From a virus (lineage: Duplodnaviria > Caudoviricetes): a stretch of DNA of 57,095 nucleotides. A program made the translations under genes and the position numbers. Location of the stretch: positions 1 to 57,095 of IMG/VR virus record IMGVR_UViG_3300032247_001291. One strand, written 5' to 3'. The notes under the pieces are model-generated. The model saw only the letters and a program-made list of their open reading frames with translations. It did no database searches and had not been told where the DNA came from. Within the stretch, counting starts at the first letter, position 1, and every line of letters begins with the position of its first letter. Below, piece by piece: positions 19,885 through 30,100 of the stretch.

Positions 19885-20112
19885 TTAGTTAGAAGATGGA
19901 GTTAAAGAATTTATTTCAGCTTCAAGTGCAGCTATTTGCTTATTGTAATCAGATATTTGATTATTTAAAGAAGCAATCAATTCAACATTTTGAGTAGCAG
20001 TTGCATCCATTTCTAATAATGTAATTTGTGTATTGTATTTAGAATAAGCAATGTTTTTAATATGCTGCTGCACGATTGTTATTTTTTCTTCTGCTGTTAG
20101 ATCTATTGTCAT
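19885..20112 (-). CDS. Coiled-coil hypothetical protein (possible fibre chaperone)
   Basis: GAAAGGAGG RBS before MTIDL; TGATATAAT at 20128-20136. Confidence 0.55.
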   Translation of the reverse strand: MTIDLTAEEKITIVQQHIKNIAYSKYNTQITLLEMDATATQNVELIASLNNQISDYNKQIAALEAEINSLTPSSN

Positions 20113-20165
20113 TTTTCCTCCTTTCATATTATATCAGATTGATTATTTAATTCTATAATTTAATG

Positions 20166-20867
20166 TTATTTATTTAATTGTTTTAAAGGGTCTGTCCAGA
20201 ACATAGATATTGTATATCTTATGCCTTCTGTGACTGCTTTTACGCCATGCAAAGTATTTTCATCCCCTTGAAATGTAACCAACATGCCTTTTTTTGGTTT
20301 AATTGTAAAATTTTCATATTGTGGAAACCAAAGCTCTCCCCCGACATAATCATCATTAAGATAGATAAGTGTTGAATAATGTTTTGTTTGAAATCTGCCT
20401 TCAAAACTCTTTAACCAATCTTTTGGAATATTATTTTTAGCAAGCATTTCATAATCGTGATCCCTTTCGTTTTCCAAAAAATAATCTAAATGGGGGGCTT
20501 GCTCTCTTCCTATTCGCCATCTATTAATTAAATATTGTTCTTTTAATAAATTAGTTACATTAAATTTTTCTTCAGTATGAGGTTTCATTCTTTTTGCTAA
20601 ATTTTCAAAATATTCTTTATCAAGTTTATATCTTTCATAAAATTCTAAATTTGTAAAATTAATACACATGCCGTCCCATTGTGTTATAGATGGCCACAAA
20701 GCTGGGTCAACATCTTTTTCTTTTGGATAATTAATATCAAAATCCAAACTCCAAAGATTTTCTGAAAAAGATTTAACACTAAGAATTTTATCGCACTCTT
20801 CATCTGTTAAAAAATTATTTATTATTCTTATATTTGGTTTTTTTAAATCAATTATATTATTGCTCAT
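20166..20867 (-). CDS. 2OG-Fe(II) oxygenase, prolyl-4-hydroxylase-like
   Basis: HLD...YLNDDYVGGELWF...HGV...RYT (HxD, H, R). Confidence 0.88.
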   Translation of the reverse strand: MSNNIIDLKKPNIRIINNFLTDEECDKILSVKSFSENLWSLDFDINYPKEKDVDPALWPSITQWDGMCINFTNLEFYERYKLDKEYFENLAKRMKPHTEEKFNVTNLLKEQYLINRWRIGREQAPHLDYFLENERDHDYEMLAKNNIPKDWLKSFEGRFQTKHYSTLIYLNDDYVGGELWFPQYENFTIKPKKGMLVTFQGDENTLHGVKAVTEGIRYTISMFWTDPLKQLNK

Positions 20868-22941
20868 GATCTTCTACATTTTCTTTCAAACGATAATCAG
20901 ACCAATAAGGTGAAAAGTATGGTGGTGGGAAATATGGTGGACCTACTGGTGGAGTTGGTGGAGTTGGTGGACCTACTGGTGGAGTTGGTGGAGTTGGTGG
21001 ACCTACTGGTGGAGTTGGTGGAGTTGATGCAGTAACAGTAAAGCTAGTAGTTCCAGTTGCATTTGGAGAAATTCCATTTGAAACTGTCCATGCTAATCTA
21101 TAGCCATATGTTTGTAATTGAGTTGGTGTAAAAGTTGAACCCGTTCCATCTTGAACCCAACTGAAAAATGAAGATTGGTGTTGCCAAGAGTAAGTATATG
21201 TAAATGTTGATGGAGTTCCAGACCATCCAGAAGGTACTGCAGAAAATTGTGTACCAACAGCACCAGATGCAGGAGAAACACTTACAGATCCGCCAGTTGG
21301 AGCTGCTGATACTACGGTCCATCTTGCATAAAAAAGAGCATTGGCTGTTACGGTCCATGATCCACCAGCATTTAAACCATAAGTATAATCACCAGAAGGT
21401 GTGTCACGCCATTGCAAAAAAGTGTAACCATCACGTGTTGGGGTTGGGGCAGTAACCGTACTCCCAGATGCTGCTGTAGAGCTTGTTGGAGTTACGGTTC
21501 CTCCATTTGCATTCCACGTTATAGTATAATTTGGTATCCATCTTGCATAAAAAAGTATATTTCCAGTTACTGTCCATGAGCTTCCTGCATTCAACCCATA
21601 AGTATAATCTCCAGACGGGGTATCTCTCCATTGTAAGAAAGTGTAACCATCACGTGTTGGTGTCGGAGCAGTAACCGTACTTCCAGATGCTACCGTAGAA
21701 CTAGATGGTGTTACAGATCCTCCATTTGCATTCCATGTTACGGTATAATTTGGGGTAGCTGTTCCCGTTACAATAAATAAATATGGAACGTATCCATACA
21801 AAGTGTAATATACATAAACAGTAACAGAATTTCCTGGAGACATACCAGTAACCGATACCGCACCTGTAGTAGAATTTACCGTAACTGTTCCCGTTCCTGT
21901 TTGAGTATAATAAGAATAAGATCCACCTGTTGGATTTGGAGCAGTAGAAATTGTTGCATTAAATCCATTAGACGATGATGTTGGTGTTCCATATGCTGGA
22001 TTTGTTGTTAAAACTGAATTTATTGGTCCATATTTTGCATAGGCTGAAGGGCTTGCACTGCCATATTGATATACATTCCAATCAGACTTACTATTATATT
22101 CATAGTTTACTGCGTAATAATAATTACCAACAATGGCGGGATTTAAAGTTAAAGATGCATTAACTGTATACAAAGTTCCATCATTTGATATAGAAGGAGT
22201 TGTTGATGAAACATAAGTTGCATTTGCAATAATTTGATCTACACTTGTATATGTACCAACAGTGCTTCTATACCATAAAATAGCACTTCTTGTATTATCT
22301 GGAAGATAATCTGCTGTCCCGTTCCATTTATTTACATATGCAAGAGTTGTTACCGAAGTCGCTGCATTGTATGAATAATTTATTGTAGGAGTATAAGCAG
22401 ATTGAGTAGGTATATATTTTCTACAAACAAAATATCTTGATCCATTACCGTCTGTGGTTTCAATTCCAGTAACACCAGTTGTTGTAGTATTAGCATCTAT
22501 TTCGCCATAGATATAATAACCATCATATATTGCAGCTGAAAGCGGGATAGTTGCATATTGGGTTAAAGTACCAGAAGCAGCATTATATTGTGATGCTGTT
22601 GTATTTATATTTCCATTACTTGTTGTATATACATAATATGAATATGACGATATGGTGTATCCATTTGATAACCACGTTCCTTTTTGTAAATATACCGTGC
22701 TGCCTGTATCTAATGTGAGTCCAGCTATGGGAGATGTTCCAGTTGTAGTTGAAGCAAAATATGGAAACGTAGTAGTATATGGTCCAGATTTAGGAAAAAA
22801 TTGTATCCAACCAGCAGCAGTTCTTACAAAAGCAGATTTTGCTTTAACCCAAGTGCTAATAGCAGTTTTTACAGATATACTTACTACTTTAGGCCAAGTA
22901 CTTGAACTTGAAGTACCACTAGTTTTTACGAATAATGGCAT
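20857..22941 (-). CDS. Tail fibre/adhesin with two InlB B-repeat (Listeria-Bacteroides)-like domains, Pro-rich tail and truncated S74 motif
   Basis: Last gene of the tail module; Thr/Ser/Tyr-rich; 2x YTVTWNANGG...PTRDGYTFLQW...FYARW; PPTPPTPPVG repeats; ends WSDYRLKENVEDHEQ. Confidence 0.75.
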   Translation of the reverse strand: MPLFVKTSGTSSSSTWPKVVSISVKTAISTWVKAKSAFVRTAAGWIQFFPKSGPYTTTFPYFASTTTGTSPIAGLTLDTGSTVYLQKGTWLSNGYTISSYSYYVYTTSNGNINTTASQYNAASGTLTQYATIPLSAAIYDGYYIYGEIDANTTTTGVTGIETTDGNGSRYFVCRKYIPTQSAYTPTINYSYNAATSVTTLAYVNKWNGTADYLPDNTRSAILWYRSTVGTYTSVDQIIANATYVSSTTPSISNDGTLYTVNASLTLNPAIVGNYYYAVNYEYNSKSDWNVYQYGSASPSAYAKYGPINSVLTTNPAYGTPTSSSNGFNATISTAPNPTGGSYSYYTQTGTGTVTVNSTTGAVSVTGMSPGNSVTVYVYYTLYGYVPYLFIVTGTATPNYTVTWNANGGSVTPSSSTVASGSTVTAPTPTRDGYTFLQWRDTPSGDYTYGLNAGSSWTVTGNILFYARWIPNYTITWNANGGTVTPTSSTAASGSTVTAPTPTRDGYTFLQWRDTPSGDYTYGLNAGGSWTVTANALFYARWTVVSAAPTGGSVSVSPASGAVGTQFSAVPSGWSGTPSTFTYTYSWQHQSSFFSWVQDGTGSTFTPTQLQTYGYRLAWTVSNGISPNATGTTSFTVTASTPPTPPVGPPTPPTPPVGPPTPPTPPVGPPYFPPPYFSPYWSDYRLKENVEDHEQ
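20860..20938. repeat. 79-bp exact direct repeat, copy 1 (copy 2 at 56925-57003)
   Basis: Base-by-base identical: ttgctcatgatcttctacattttctttcaaacgataatcagaccaataaggtgaaaagtatggtggtgggaaatatggt. Confidence 0.95.
20936..21026. repeat. 30-bp tandem repeat x3 encoding PPTPPTPPVG
   Basis: acctactggtggagttggtggagttggtgg units. Confidence 0.9.
21319..21756. repeat. 219-bp imperfect tandem duplication (two 73-aa domains)
   Basis: ccatcttgcataaaaaag recurs at 21319 and 21538; the protein repeats are nearly identical. Confidence 0.85.
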
Positions 22942-22956
22942 TATTCAAATCCCTTT

Positions 22957-25900
22957 CTAAACAGTTGATACCCATAAGTCCCCAACAAATCCATCATTAC
23001 TTCCTGCTGAAGGTGCACCTGCGTGTACATAAACATTTCTTACATAAGAACCAGTACTACCAAGTACTGGTGTATCATTTCTGGTTCTTGTTAATCCGTT
23101 TAAATAAAGATTGCTGCTTGATCCCCGACCTATAATTGTAGATGCACTATCTATATATGTAATAGAAGTGCTTATTGCAGTAAATCCTGTTGTTGAGGTT
23201 GGTGTTCCATCAGCATTCCAAGTTGTCGAAGTTCCGTCTGGATCTACAAAAAATGCTGGCACCGATCCTTTTGCCTGTGAAGTTCCAAAAACTTGAAAAG
23301 CTTTTTTAGTAGTTATAATCATATACTTATCTGATTTAAGATATCCAGCACCATATGTAACTGTTGTGGCTTCTCCATTTGCGGTTGCTGCTGTAGCTGG
23401 AATTGAACCACCAGTTGATACAGAATAATATGTTACATTTGAACCCAAAGCAGTAGTATCATTTGCATAAGAAACAACAGCATTATTAGCTGAATCTAAT
23501 AAAATATAAGAAGATGCGCCTGTTGTAGTTGCAACAGATTTAATTACAGCAGAATCAATTGTCCAATAATTTGTTCCGCTTCCTATTTTACCAGTTGTTG
23601 CAGTTATGTTTCCAGTTATAGTTGCATTACTTGCGGTCATATCACCAACATGAGTTACAAAAAATTTAGGAATGCCAGATAAAGCACCAACACTAATTGC
23701 ATAATCAGATGATGTTGATGTCCCGCCATAAAGCTTTACTCCAAAATTATTTTGTGTAGCACTATAATCATTAGGAAATACTGTTATTGTTCCATCTGAA
23801 GAGTTTAATTCTATTTGATTAGAATATATTTTGCCAGATTTAACTACCCAAGGTTTATCTGAAGCTTGCATTCCGCCTAAATAAGCAGCTATTGTTGCTA
23901 ATGAAACTTTATCATCACTTATCTCACTAGATGAAATTTGTGTTGTTAATAGATGTGCTTTGTTATATGATTTTATTCCAGCTGATCCAATTTGAACACT
24001 AGAACCAGTATCAATTGTAGAAGCAGTACCTGTTGATGTTGTTCCTAATGCTAATAAATATGCATTTGAATTAAGAGTTATATCGCTAGAAAAAGTAGAA
24101 GATTGCGATACGTTTAAATGTCCAGATATTGTTGCATTAGAAGCATTTACAGTTCCATCTCCTTTAACTGTAAAATATGCGCCTGCACTTAAAAGTGTAT
24201 CTGAATTGTTCCCGCTACCGTATATAACTATATCTCTTGCGGATACTTTACCTTGTGGGGTTACAGAAAACTTAGCACTTAAATCTCCACCGCTTACTGC
24301 AGAACCAGCCCAAAAAGAATATGTTCCAGTTGCAGAAAGTCCTACATAATTTGTAGCACCATTAGACAATGTATTTTGAATCTGTGTGCTGTTAATTGAC
24401 CAATCAGCAATTTTTGCATTTGTAGTTTCAAAAGTATAGCTTGCTGCGCTAGGGTTTGTAATAATAGATGTACTTGCAGCACTGCCAGAATTTGATCCAT
24501 AATCAAATGCAAATATTCCAGAATATGCAGTTGAACCATCTGGACCTTTGTTGCCAGATGGACCTAAAACAATTCTAGATCCTGTTGTGGAGCTTGCGCC
24601 TACGTATATTGAACCACCAGAACCTATCTGTACTGCGTTTGCTATAACAGACGTAGCTGGGTTTGTTGGGGTAGCTAAATAATTTATTGATGGAGATGAA
24701 TTGTTATCATAATCATCATAAAAAACAACTAATACATATACAGTTTGATATAAATTTAAAAATATGTTTGCAGCAGTTGTACCTTTATATACAAGATTTT
24801 GTATATGATAGTTGCCTGAAGCTTGAGAAGTTAAATTTTTACTTAATGTTATTGTTCTTGATGTCCCCGATCCAGATAAAGATTGAACATATGTGTTGGA
24901 AGGTATTCCATTTCCAGTAATAATGCCGCCAATATATTCATTTGGTATATTATACGTTGCTCCATTATCACCAAGCCAATTATTTAAAATTAAAGTATTT
25001 TGACCAGATGCTCCGCCAGAAGAAAATGTTGCATCAAGATAATCCTGTATATCTATATTAAGATTTTTTAAAGGTGTTGGATCAACAAGAAATTGATAAA
25101 CTTCTGCATTTGTAGCTGCAGTTCCAGAAAAGTTAAAGTTTACAGTGTATCCATCAATTACATTTGATATAGAAGCAACTGGGACAACTCCAGAAAGTGG
25201 GTTAGCTCTTGTAAATGTTGATAAACTTGCTACTGATGTACTTTCTGTACCATATTGAGATACTCCATAAACTGATCCAGAATATGAAGAAAAATAATTT
25301 CCAAATTGTGCAAATATTAAATTTTGAGGAATTGTAAAACTTGTTTCACCAGATACAACTGTATGATAAAAAAATCCTGCTTGTGTAGGTTGATCAGTTG
25401 GCACTAATTTTACTTTAAGAGATATTAATGCATTTGGGTCTGTGGGAGATATTGATGGCAAGGTATAGCTTACTGTAATGTTGTTTCCATTAAATGCTGC
25501 AGAGGCACTTGTTACCCCGCTTGGAGGCAATGTATTATTTGGCAATAAATCTGTAGGGGTTGCTTCTACATAATTTGAATACGCAGACTTTGCACCAAGC
25601 GTATCCATGAACCAAGCTCTTACATATCTATGACCTCCACTTGCAGCAAATATTGAAGATGGACTTATTGTTTTTGGTTCCCCCACAGTAACCCAACCAG
25701 ATTGATTTGCTGCTAAAGCTGCAGCTACTGCTGCGTCTACTTGAGTTGAATTAAGTCCAGTTGTTGCATATGTAAACTCTTGAATTATTTCTGCCAAAAA
25801 ATTGCCACCTACTGTTGCTTTGGCAGCATCAATATTTGTAGTTGTTATGGTATATGAAGATACTGAATCTGCTTCTGTTATGATTGGGGCTGGCAGGAGA

Positions 25901-26517
25901 CAAGTATACGTATTAGATATAGCCGATTTAACATATCCAGCAGTTTGAAGAAATGTGTCGTAGGTTGCAACTTCTACATAATTAAATGAAACTGAATTTG
26001 CAAGTCCACTTGCAGAAGCTTTAACCGTAACAGTTTGATTTATAGATGAGGTTGATAAAGAAGATGCTTCATATGATGGAGTTATAATTGTAAAAGTTGT
26101 TCCACCATCTAAACTTAAGCCAACATTAAAATTAAAGAAAAATTGATTTCGTGGATCAGAAACGTCAAAATCAAAAGTTAATACTATATCTCCGCCAACA
26201 TAAGATGCTTGCAAATTTGCAACTTGAAGAGGTGCTGTTCCTATTACTGGTTCTAAATTACCACCAGTTCCTCCTGCCCCGCCTTCTGCACCGCCTCCAG
26301 TATAAGGATTGCTAAATGATGCTGATTGTATTCCGACAAGCATTGCACTAAGATTTTTATTTAAACCAATAGGAGATATATATCCATTTTGTCTTGCTTG
26401 TTTAAATGGAGCAGTTATGGAATTTGCAGAAGGATCTAAATTTATATCAATAGGAATCGGTTGTCTTCTTGCAGAAGAAGAATCCGATATATAAGTAGGA
26501 TTTAAATTAATTTTCAT
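22957..26517 (-). CDS. Minor tail protein / central fibre
   Basis: 1186 aa, Ser/Thr/Gly-rich with FN3-like strands; ASNATISG-type beta repeats; C-terminal GDLWV. Confidence 0.7.
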   Translation of the reverse strand: MKINLNPTYISDSSSARRQPIPIDINLDPSANSITAPFKQARQNGYISPIGLNKNLSAMLVGIQSASFSNPYTGGGAEGGAGGTGGNLEPVIGTAPLQVANLQASYVGGDIVLTFDFDVSDPRNQFFFNFNVGLSLDGGTTFTIITPSYEASSLSTSSINQTVTVKASASGLANSVSFNYVEVATYDTFLQTAGYVKSAISNTYTCLLPAPIITEADSVSSYTITTTNIDAAKATVGGNFLAEIIQEFTYATTGLNSTQVDAAVAAALAANQSGWVTVGEPKTISPSSIFAASGGHRYVRAWFMDTLGAKSAYSNYVEATPTDLLPNNTLPPSGVTSASAAFNGNNITVSYTLPSISPTDPNALISLKVKLVPTDQPTQAGFFYHTVVSGETSFTIPQNLIFAQFGNYFSSYSGSVYGVSQYGTESTSVASLSTFTRANPLSGVVPVASISNVIDGYTVNFNFSGTAATNAEVYQFLVDPTPLKNLNIDIQDYLDATFSSGGASGQNTLILNNWLGDNGATYNIPNEYIGGIITGNGIPSNTYVQSLSGSGTSRTITLSKNLTSQASGNYHIQNLVYKGTTAANIFLNLYQTVYVLVVFYDDYDNNSSPSINYLATPTNPATSVIANAVQIGSGGSIYVGASSTTGSRIVLGPSGNKGPDGSTAYSGIFAFDYGSNSGSAASTSIITNPSAASYTFETTNAKIADWSINSTQIQNTLSNGATNYVGLSATGTYSFWAGSAVSGGDLSAKFSVTPQGKVSARDIVIYGSGNNSDTLLSAGAYFTVKGDGTVNASNATISGHLNVSQSSTFSSDITLNSNAYLLALGTTSTGTASTIDTGSSVQIGSAGIKSYNKAHLLTTQISSSEISDDKVSLATIAAYLGGMQASDKPWVVKSGKIYSNQIELNSSDGTITVFPNDYSATQNNFGVKLYGGTSTSSDYAISVGALSGIPKFFVTHVGDMTASNATITGNITATTGKIGSGTNYWTIDSAVIKSVATTTGASSYILLDSANNAVVSYANDTTALGSNVTYYSVSTGGSIPATAATANGEATTVTYGAGYLKSDKYMIITTKKAFQVFGTSQAKGSVPAFFVDPDGTSTTWNADGTPTSTTGFTAISTSITYIDSASTIIGRGSSSNLYLNGLTRTRNDTPVLGSTGSYVRNVYVHAGAPSAGSNDGFVGDLWVSTV

Positions 26518-26533
26518 CCAACACCCCTATCTA

Positions 26534-27070
26534 TTACTTGTGACCTATTGCAATCCAACTTACATTAATATAATAATTTCCGCCATAAAGCCATCTGCCA
26601 TCTTTATTAGCTCCGCCATAAGAACCATGATTTGCTTTATTTATACCAGTTTTTCTTAAAACTATTTCAAAAGATGATTGGTTTACAACACCAATACTTA
26701 CTACTATATCTTGAGCATATTGAGATTGAAAATTTACAGTTTGCGGTTGCGCTGTTATTATTGGTCCTTTTGAATCTGTAAAGGGCACGGTAAAGCTAAC
26801 AGTTTTTTTATAATAATATTCATTATCTCCTGCGTTAAATATGGCACCGTCAGCTTCACTTATCCTTGTTGAGCCATATAAAATTTGTTGAGATGCTATA
26901 TCAAATTGTGTTTGTGTTGTAGAATCTGAGGTGTTTGTAGCAGAATATATGCTACCAAAGTTATTAGTAATAGCTGATATATTATCGCTATGTTGATTTA
27001 CAACGTTTATAATCTGATGAATTGTTGGAAGATCAATGATCTTGGGGTCTGATATTTTTATGTACGCCAT
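26534..27070 (-). CDS. Minor tail protein (H-type-lectin/gp53-like C-terminus)
   Basis: VSFTVPF...PIITA...VSWIAIG pattern. Confidence 0.55.
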   Translation of the reverse strand: MAYIKISDPKIIDLPTIHQIINVVNQHSDNISAITNNFGSIYSATNTSDSTTQTQFDIASQQILYGSTRISEADGAIFNAGDNEYYYKKTVSFTVPFTDSKGPIITAQPQTVNFQSQYAQDIVVSIGVVNQSSFEIVLRKTGINKANHGSYGGANKDGRWLYGGNYYINVSWIAIGHK

Positions 27071-27092
27071 GTTTTCTCCTTATATTATATAA

Positions 27093-27101
27093 ATTATACC
27101 A
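27093..27101 (-). promoter_or_regulatory. Extended -10 promoter TGGTATAAT
   Basis: Consensus upstream of 26534..27070. Confidence 0.55.
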
Positions 27102-27111
27102 TTTTATAGGT

Positions 27112-30100
27112 TTATTTATTAATTCCCCTATTAAGCATATTTAATGTTAATTTAGTGCTTAATCCATTATTGTATGTGTTAGATACAGAATGCACTATAT
27201 ATTTTTGTGCATTTATTCCCATCAAAGGATAGGTTAACCCTATTACATCCCCTACTTCTATAAGAGGATTTCCAAAAATATTTAAAGATACATCTTTTGA
27301 AAAATTATCTAGCCCCGCACTAACCAATTTTAATAATTTATTTGCAGCATTTTTAGATTGTATAAACGAAGAATCTAATTGTACCACTTCCCCTATATTT
27401 CCTGGGTCTGTCACAAATTCAATAATTTCTGGATCTGAGGGTACAACAATTTCATGAGTCCATAAATTTAAATTAACTACAAAAGCATTTAACTCATCGG
27501 AATCTTTCTTTAAATATACCATGTGTGAGCTGTTGTTTACCACAGCAAATTTACCTCTAAAGCCAGTATTAATCGGAGTTGAATATGATGCTGAGTATTC
27601 ATCAACAACTTGATGTTGCAGGAACTTTTGCTCAAGCAAGGTATTGCCAGGATAATAAAACCAAGCATATTCTACTGGAAGCACATCTACCGAAACGGCT
27701 GCTCCGTTTGTATATTGAACATCATATGTATTAATGCCGACTATTTCTGGTTGAGTTTGCATAATGTATTCTTTATAAGAAGAAAATGTTCTCTGACCTT
27801 GAATCATTGCATTTAAAAATTCACGATCTTGAAAATAATAATTAACATTTCTTTCTTTTAATACTTTTTCAGATGCATAAATTTCTCTAATAAAACCAAC
27901 TCCAGTTGATGAAGCTCCAGACGAAATCCAATCTGAAGATTCTGGGTAAAGTAAACTATCTTGATTGGGTATTGTTGGTGGATTTGCTGACATAAAAGCG
28001 CCAAATTTTGCTTCCATTGAACCCATTGGATTTATTATAACTTTTTTCCTTAAACCCGTTATTGTATTCTTATCTGTATTAGTCCAGGAATCTCCTGATG
28101 GGACCTGCCAACCATTTACTTCAAAATTATTTAAAAATACAGAAAAGATAACGCCATCTCCGTTGTTTGTTGATTCTCCTGGCACTCCTTCTCCATCTTC
28201 TGCGTTATCAAATGGAACTAAAGTAAACCTTAAATGTAAAGCTTCATGAGGATCATCATAAAGAATATAAAGATTAGAGTTATCTGATTTTAAAGATGTC
28301 TTGTTAGTATTTTTATAATATAATTTTTCAAAATTGTTTTTAATATTATATACTAATCCAGTTACATTAGTATATGCAATTATGGATGGGTTTCCACTAT
28401 CAATTTTGTATACAATTATTCCATAAATATAATTTGGAATTTCTGTTGTGCCCATGTTTGACTGAACAAGTTCTACAAAATATGTTCCATCAGTATTATT
28501 TAAATCCATATTAAAAAATAAACCACCAGAACATAAATTATTAATAGCGTTAAAATTAAATTTAGTTGAAAAAGTAGTATAATCTGTATCAACATCATTT
28601 GTTGGATAAAGCAAAACTTTATTTGCTGCATCAGGTTTAATCTGTATATAATAATATGGGATTTGAGCTTTTGGACTTGTTGTACTGTTTGGGTCATCTA
28701 TTTTTTTAACTATACTATAATTATTAGATTGAACAGATAAAACTTGACTTGGACTTAATAAAGAAGCAGACAAGCCCTTACTAATCAAATTATCTATTAT
28801 TTTATGGTCAGAAACATTTGTGCCAAACATTCCTCTATTTATGTTGGTTATATTTCCTGTTGGTTCTATTGTTATATCATAATCATAACCTTTTGAAACC
28901 CTGCCTTTATTTGCCCAATCAGTATCCATTGAATCATCAGATCCAGTTATTATAGTAAAAGAATGTGTACCAGTTGCAACAACTTCACCATAACCATTTA
29001 AAGATTCTGGCTTCATCCCACTTACAAAAACAAAATCTCCCAAAGCAAATGAGCTTATTGGATGTGGTACGCTCAATAATGAATTATTAAGATCTACAAA
29101 TGGATTTGCAGTAGTTGTGTAAGATGTTGCTTTTTTGGTTTGATTTTTAACAGTTACTGTTGTGGGAGATGCTGCAGTGACAACACCTACCGAAGGCCTT
29201 AAACCAATATTGTTATCTTTAACAAATTTGTCAACTTCGGCTGAAAGTTCTAAATCATTTTTTACAGAAACTGTTACTGACACTGACGAGTTTGAAGTTT
29301 GTGATATTTTGTATTCTTTATAAACAAAAGAAACAATTTCATCTTCTATTACAGCATACCCATCATTATTTAAATTAAAAGTATGAAAAGAATCTAAAAG
29401 ATCTGATTGATTTATACTAAATTTATTATCGTCAAATTTCATATCTGCAGCTAAATAATTTAATCCTACAGAATCAACACTTTGCTGAGACCATACAACA
29501 TCATTGCTGGTTGTATAAATATATGACGGTCCAATTTTTATATCAGGATTTTTTACATTTTGTAAAGATAAGGATTGCTTAAGTTTGGGAACTTGATACC
29601 TTAATGATATTTTTCCTGGTTTAGATTTGTTATTAATGGTGTATCCATTTTGAAGAACAACTTTTTCATCTAAATTAAAATTAGTAGAACTCTGTTGTTT
29701 TTCTAGTATATTAGAAAGACTTAAAAATTTCATTACACCATAATTGTCTATATATGCACCAATTTGGTATGGCAAAAATATTTGATTTAAAGCATCTACA
29801 AGAGTTGAATCTTTAGAATTGCAGAAATAATAATCCATAGTTAACGGAGAGCTATGATCATAACAAACTTTATAAAGCGAATCAATGTCATAATCTGTAA
29901 AACCAGTTAAATCTAAAATGTTTGTTATAACGCTAAATGCATCTTTAAAATTAGCAACATAGTCTGTGACTGGTGTTGACTGCAGGTATCTAGTTACATC
30001 ATAACATTGCACCGATACAGTGTCTATATCATTTTGTTGCCAAGTATCTGAATACCAAACTCCGCCTGGGATTATTTTATTAACAACTTGATCAACGTAA

